Of a stretch of DNA of 64,000 bases, positions 61,517 to 64,000 are shown one piece after another. Where the stretch lies: NCBI GenBank assembly GCA_963779755.1, contig CAVZZO010000001.1, positions 2,272,001 through 2,336,000 on the forward strand, in the 5' to 3' direction. The DNA is from an uncultured Gemmatimonadales bacterium. Lineage in GTDB: Bacteria; Gemmatimonadota; Gemmatimonadetes; Gemmatimonadales; GWC2-71-9. Both the position numbers and the translations under genes were made by a program. The stretch's first letter is position 1, and every line of letters starts with the position of its first letter. The notes under the pieces were generated by a model that searched no databases, was not told the origin of the DNA, and saw only the letters and a list, made by a program, of their open reading frames with translations.

Positions 61517-62805
61517 GCGTCCTGGTGTTCCGCGGCGGCCGCATCATCGACCCGGTGCGCGCGCTGGACGAGGTGGGCGATCTGATCGTCCGCGATGGCC
61601 ACGTCGAGGGCACCGGCCGGAACGAGGGGACGCCCGACGGCGCCCGGGTGGTGGACTGCGCTGGCAAGGTGGTGGCCCCCGGCCTGGTGGATCTGCATGT
61701 GCATTTCCGCGAACCGGGGCAGGAGGAGCTGGAGACCATCGCGACCGGCGCCATGGCGGCGGCCGCCGGCGGCTTTACCGCGGTCTGCGCCATGCCCAAT
61801 ACCGACCCGGTGACCGACAACCAGGCCGCCGTGGGCTTCATTCTGCGCCAGGCGATGCGGGCGGGGAAGGCGCGGGTCTATCCCATCGGCGCCATCACCC
61901 TGGGGCAGAAGGGCGAGCAGCTGGCCGAGTTCGGCGAGATGGTGGGGGCCGGCGCGGTGGCGGTGAGCGACGACGGGCACCCGGTCGTTTCCAGCCACAT
62001 GATGCGCACCGCACTGGAATACGCCCAGACCTTCGGCATTCCGGTCGCGGACCACTGCGAGGACCCGACGTTGTCCCTGGGCGGGGCCATGCACGAAGGG
62101 CTGGTCGCCAGCCGGCTGGGGCTCAAGGGGATTCCGTCCGCAGCCGAAGAGATCATGGTGGCGCGGGATATCCTTCTCTCGGAGCTGACCGGCGGCCACA
62201 TCCACCTCTGCCATATGTCGACTCGCGGCTCGGTGGAGCTCATCCGCCGGGCCAAGGAGAAAGGACTGCGGGTGACGGCTGAAGCGACCCCGCATCACTT
62301 CAGCCTGACCCATGAGCGGGTGGAAGGTTACGATACCAACGCCAAGATGAACCCGCCGCTGCGCGAAGATGAAGACCGCGAGGCGGTGCGCCAGGCGCTG
62401 AGGGATGGAGTGGTGGATGCCATCGCCACCGACCACGCGCCGCACCACTACGATGCCAAGGAGCGGGAGTTCGACGACGCGCCCAACGGGATCATCGGGC
62501 TGGAAACCGCGCTGGGACTGGCGCTCACCGAGCTGGTCCATACCGGGCTCATCAGCCTGCCAACGCTGGTGGAACGCATGAGCACGGTGCCGGCCCGGCT
62601 GTTCCACCTCTCCGGCGGGAGCCTGGCCCCGGGGGCGCCGGCCGATCTGGTCGTGTTCGACCCCGCCCGGCGCTGGACGGTCGATCCCACCCGCTTCTTC
62701 AGCAAGAGCCGCAACACCCCCTGGTCCGGGGCGACACTCCAGGGCCAGGTGGACCTCACCCTGGTCCGGGGCCATGTGGTCTTCGAGCGGGCCCCCGCCT
62801 CCTGA
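61513..62805 (+). CDS. pyrC: Dihydroorotase
   Basis: [27 protein letters not shown]. Confidence 0.95.
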   Translation: MSVLVFRGGRIIDPVRALDEVGDLIVRDGHVEGTGRNEGTPDGARVVDCAGKVVAPGLVDLHVHFREPGQEELETIATGAMAAAAGGFTAVCAMPNTDPVTDNQAAVGFILRQAMRAGKARVYPIGAITLGQKGEQLAEFGEMVGAGAVAVSDDGHPVVSSHMMRTALEYAQTFGIPVADHCEDPTLSLGGAMHEGLVASRLGLKGIPSAAEEIMVARDILLSELTGGHIHLCHMSTRGSVELIRRAKEKGLRVTAEATPHHFSLTHERVEGYDTNAKMNPPLREDEDREAVRQALRDGVVDAIATDHAPHHYDAKEREFDDAPNGIIGLETALGLALTELVHTGLISLPTLVERMSTVPARLFHLSGGSLAPGAPADLVVFDPARRWTVDPTRFFSKSRNTPWSGATLQGQVDLTLVRGHVVFERAPAS

Positions 62806-62987
62806 GGAACGCCAGGGCCGGGCCTGGGCGCGGTCCTTCACGCTTCTCAAGGGTTTCGCCCGTCTGCGGGCGCGTTAGATTAGCCCTGACGATCCGATAA
62901 CCAGTTGCATGCAATGGTAGTACCTGGCCTGCGCACCCCGGGCCGACTGACCGGGTTCACGGCATCGCCGGGAGGGGAGCCGTAACA

Positions 62988-63929
62988 ATGGCGAAATCGA
63001 CCAACGACAACCACGATCCGATCCAGGACCTGCTCCAGGAACGGACCCAGTATTCGACCTGGCTTGCCCGTCTCGACGCCGCCTCCGATAGCACGCCGGG
63101 GTCGGTGCGCGACCGGGTACGCGGAGACTACCAGAAACGCCTGGAAAAGGTGGTGGAGGAGCTGCGCTCCCATGCCGGCGACGTGAACCAGCAACTCGAC
63201 CACCACCGGGAGACCCGCGAAGAACTGGTGACCCGCGAAGACCAGGCCCGGGAGATCATGGCCGAGGCCGAGTTGCGGCACACCGTGGGGGAATACTCCG
63301 AAGAGAAATGGCAGCAGATCCAGGGCGAGGCCCAGCGGAACCTGACCTCGATCCGGGAGGAGCTCTCCGGCATCAACGAAAAGATCCTGGAACTGGAGAA
63401 GGTCCAGGCGCAGATTGCCGAGCCGCTGCCTGGGGCGGAAAATCCCGCGCCCGCGCCCGAGCCGGAAGCCCAGCCCGAGGCGCCGGCGGCCGAAGCCGGG
63501 CACCAGCCGGCCGAGCCGGAAGCGCCGCCTGTCACCCAGCAGGTGGAGGAGAGGAAAGAACCTCCGGCTTCCCCGCCTCCGGCCGCTGCCGAGCCGGCCC
63601 GCCCCGCGGCCCGGCAGACCGACGAGCTGGCGTTCCTCAAGTCGGTCACCGAAGACGACCGCGCCGGCCCCTCGCCCCGGCGGGCCAGCGGGGGCGTGCC
63701 TCGTCCCGTCGAAGCGTCGCCCCAGGGCCCGTCCCGCGGCTCGCTGGGGCAGCCCACGTTTACCCGGTCGAGCACCCTGGGCAACACGGGCCCGACCTCG
63801 ATTCCCGATGCCCGCGAACGGCCCAGCCAGGCCGCGCCCCGCACCCTCAAGTGCGGCGAGTGCGGCACCATGAACCGGCCGACGGAGTGGTACTGTGAGC
63901 GGTGCGGGGCGGAACTGGCAGACCTGTAA
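62988..63929 (+). CDS. Hypothetical protein: coiled coil, Pro/Ala-rich linker, C-terminal zinc ribbon
   Basis: Acidic helical N-half; PAPAPEPE linker; CGECGTMNRPTEWYCERCG; GGGGAG RBS. Confidence 0.75.
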   Translation: MAKSTNDNHDPIQDLLQERTQYSTWLARLDAASDSTPGSVRDRVRGDYQKRLEKVVEELRSHAGDVNQQLDHHRETREELVTREDQAREIMAEAELRHTVGEYSEEKWQQIQGEAQRNLTSIREELSGINEKILELEKVQAQIAEPLPGAENPAPAPEPEAQPEAPAAEAGHQPAEPEAPPVTQQVEERKEPPASPPPAAAEPARPAARQTDELAFLKSVTEDDRAGPSPRRASGGVPRPVEASPQGPSRGSLGQPTFTRSSTLGNTGPTSIPDARERPSQAAPRTLKCGECGTMNRPTEWYCERCGAELADL

Positions 63930-63934
63930 AGGCA

Positions 63935-63960
63935 GGGAACGGGGAAAAGGGAATTGGGGA
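63935..63960 (+). repeat. GGGAA-type short repeat tract after the stop codon
   Basis: gggaacggggaaaaggggaattgggga. Confidence 0.6.
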
Positions 63961-63974
63961 TGCTGGTGGAAACG

Positions 63975-64000
63975 AAAAAGGGCGGCCGCTGAGGCCGCCC
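63975..64000 (-). terminator. Intrinsic terminator (minus strand; possibly bidirectional)
   Basis: AAAAA followed by stem GGGCGGCC-gctga-GGCCGCCC; window ends before any plus-strand U tract is visible. Confidence 0.6.

Overview
A high-GC (roughly 70% by eye) bacterial chromosomal segment. Gene content suggests Gemmatimonadota (kinase-TM-TPR proteins, PadR plus orphan duplicated permeases, M1 peptidases); this is inference. Most of the window is housekeeping: sdhAB, dcd, a complete nuoA-N operon, PMM/PGM, UPF0182, carbamate kinase-sucCD-ndk, yceD-rpmF-plsX-fabHDG-acpP-fabF, tRNA-Ser(GGA), msrPQ and pyrR-pyrB-pyrC. Accessory inserts are a PadR + three ATPase-less permease cassette, a lower-GC envelope islet with a REP-like mosaic array, and two tandem Ser/Thr kinases. 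The most striking unexplained structure is non-coding. Most larger intergenic gaps hold arrays of imperfect 7-, 8- or 9-mers, usually paired with a reverse-complement arm and often starting at or supplying a stop codon. Two of these (31936 and 50945) share an asymmetric core in opposite orientations, which suggests dispersal as a unit. A Rex-type operator lies just downstream of a well-spaced nuo promoter. Frameshifts near 48.27 kb and 52.9-54.5 kb look like sequencing indels. No CRISPR, transposase, integrase or reverse transcriptase was seen.
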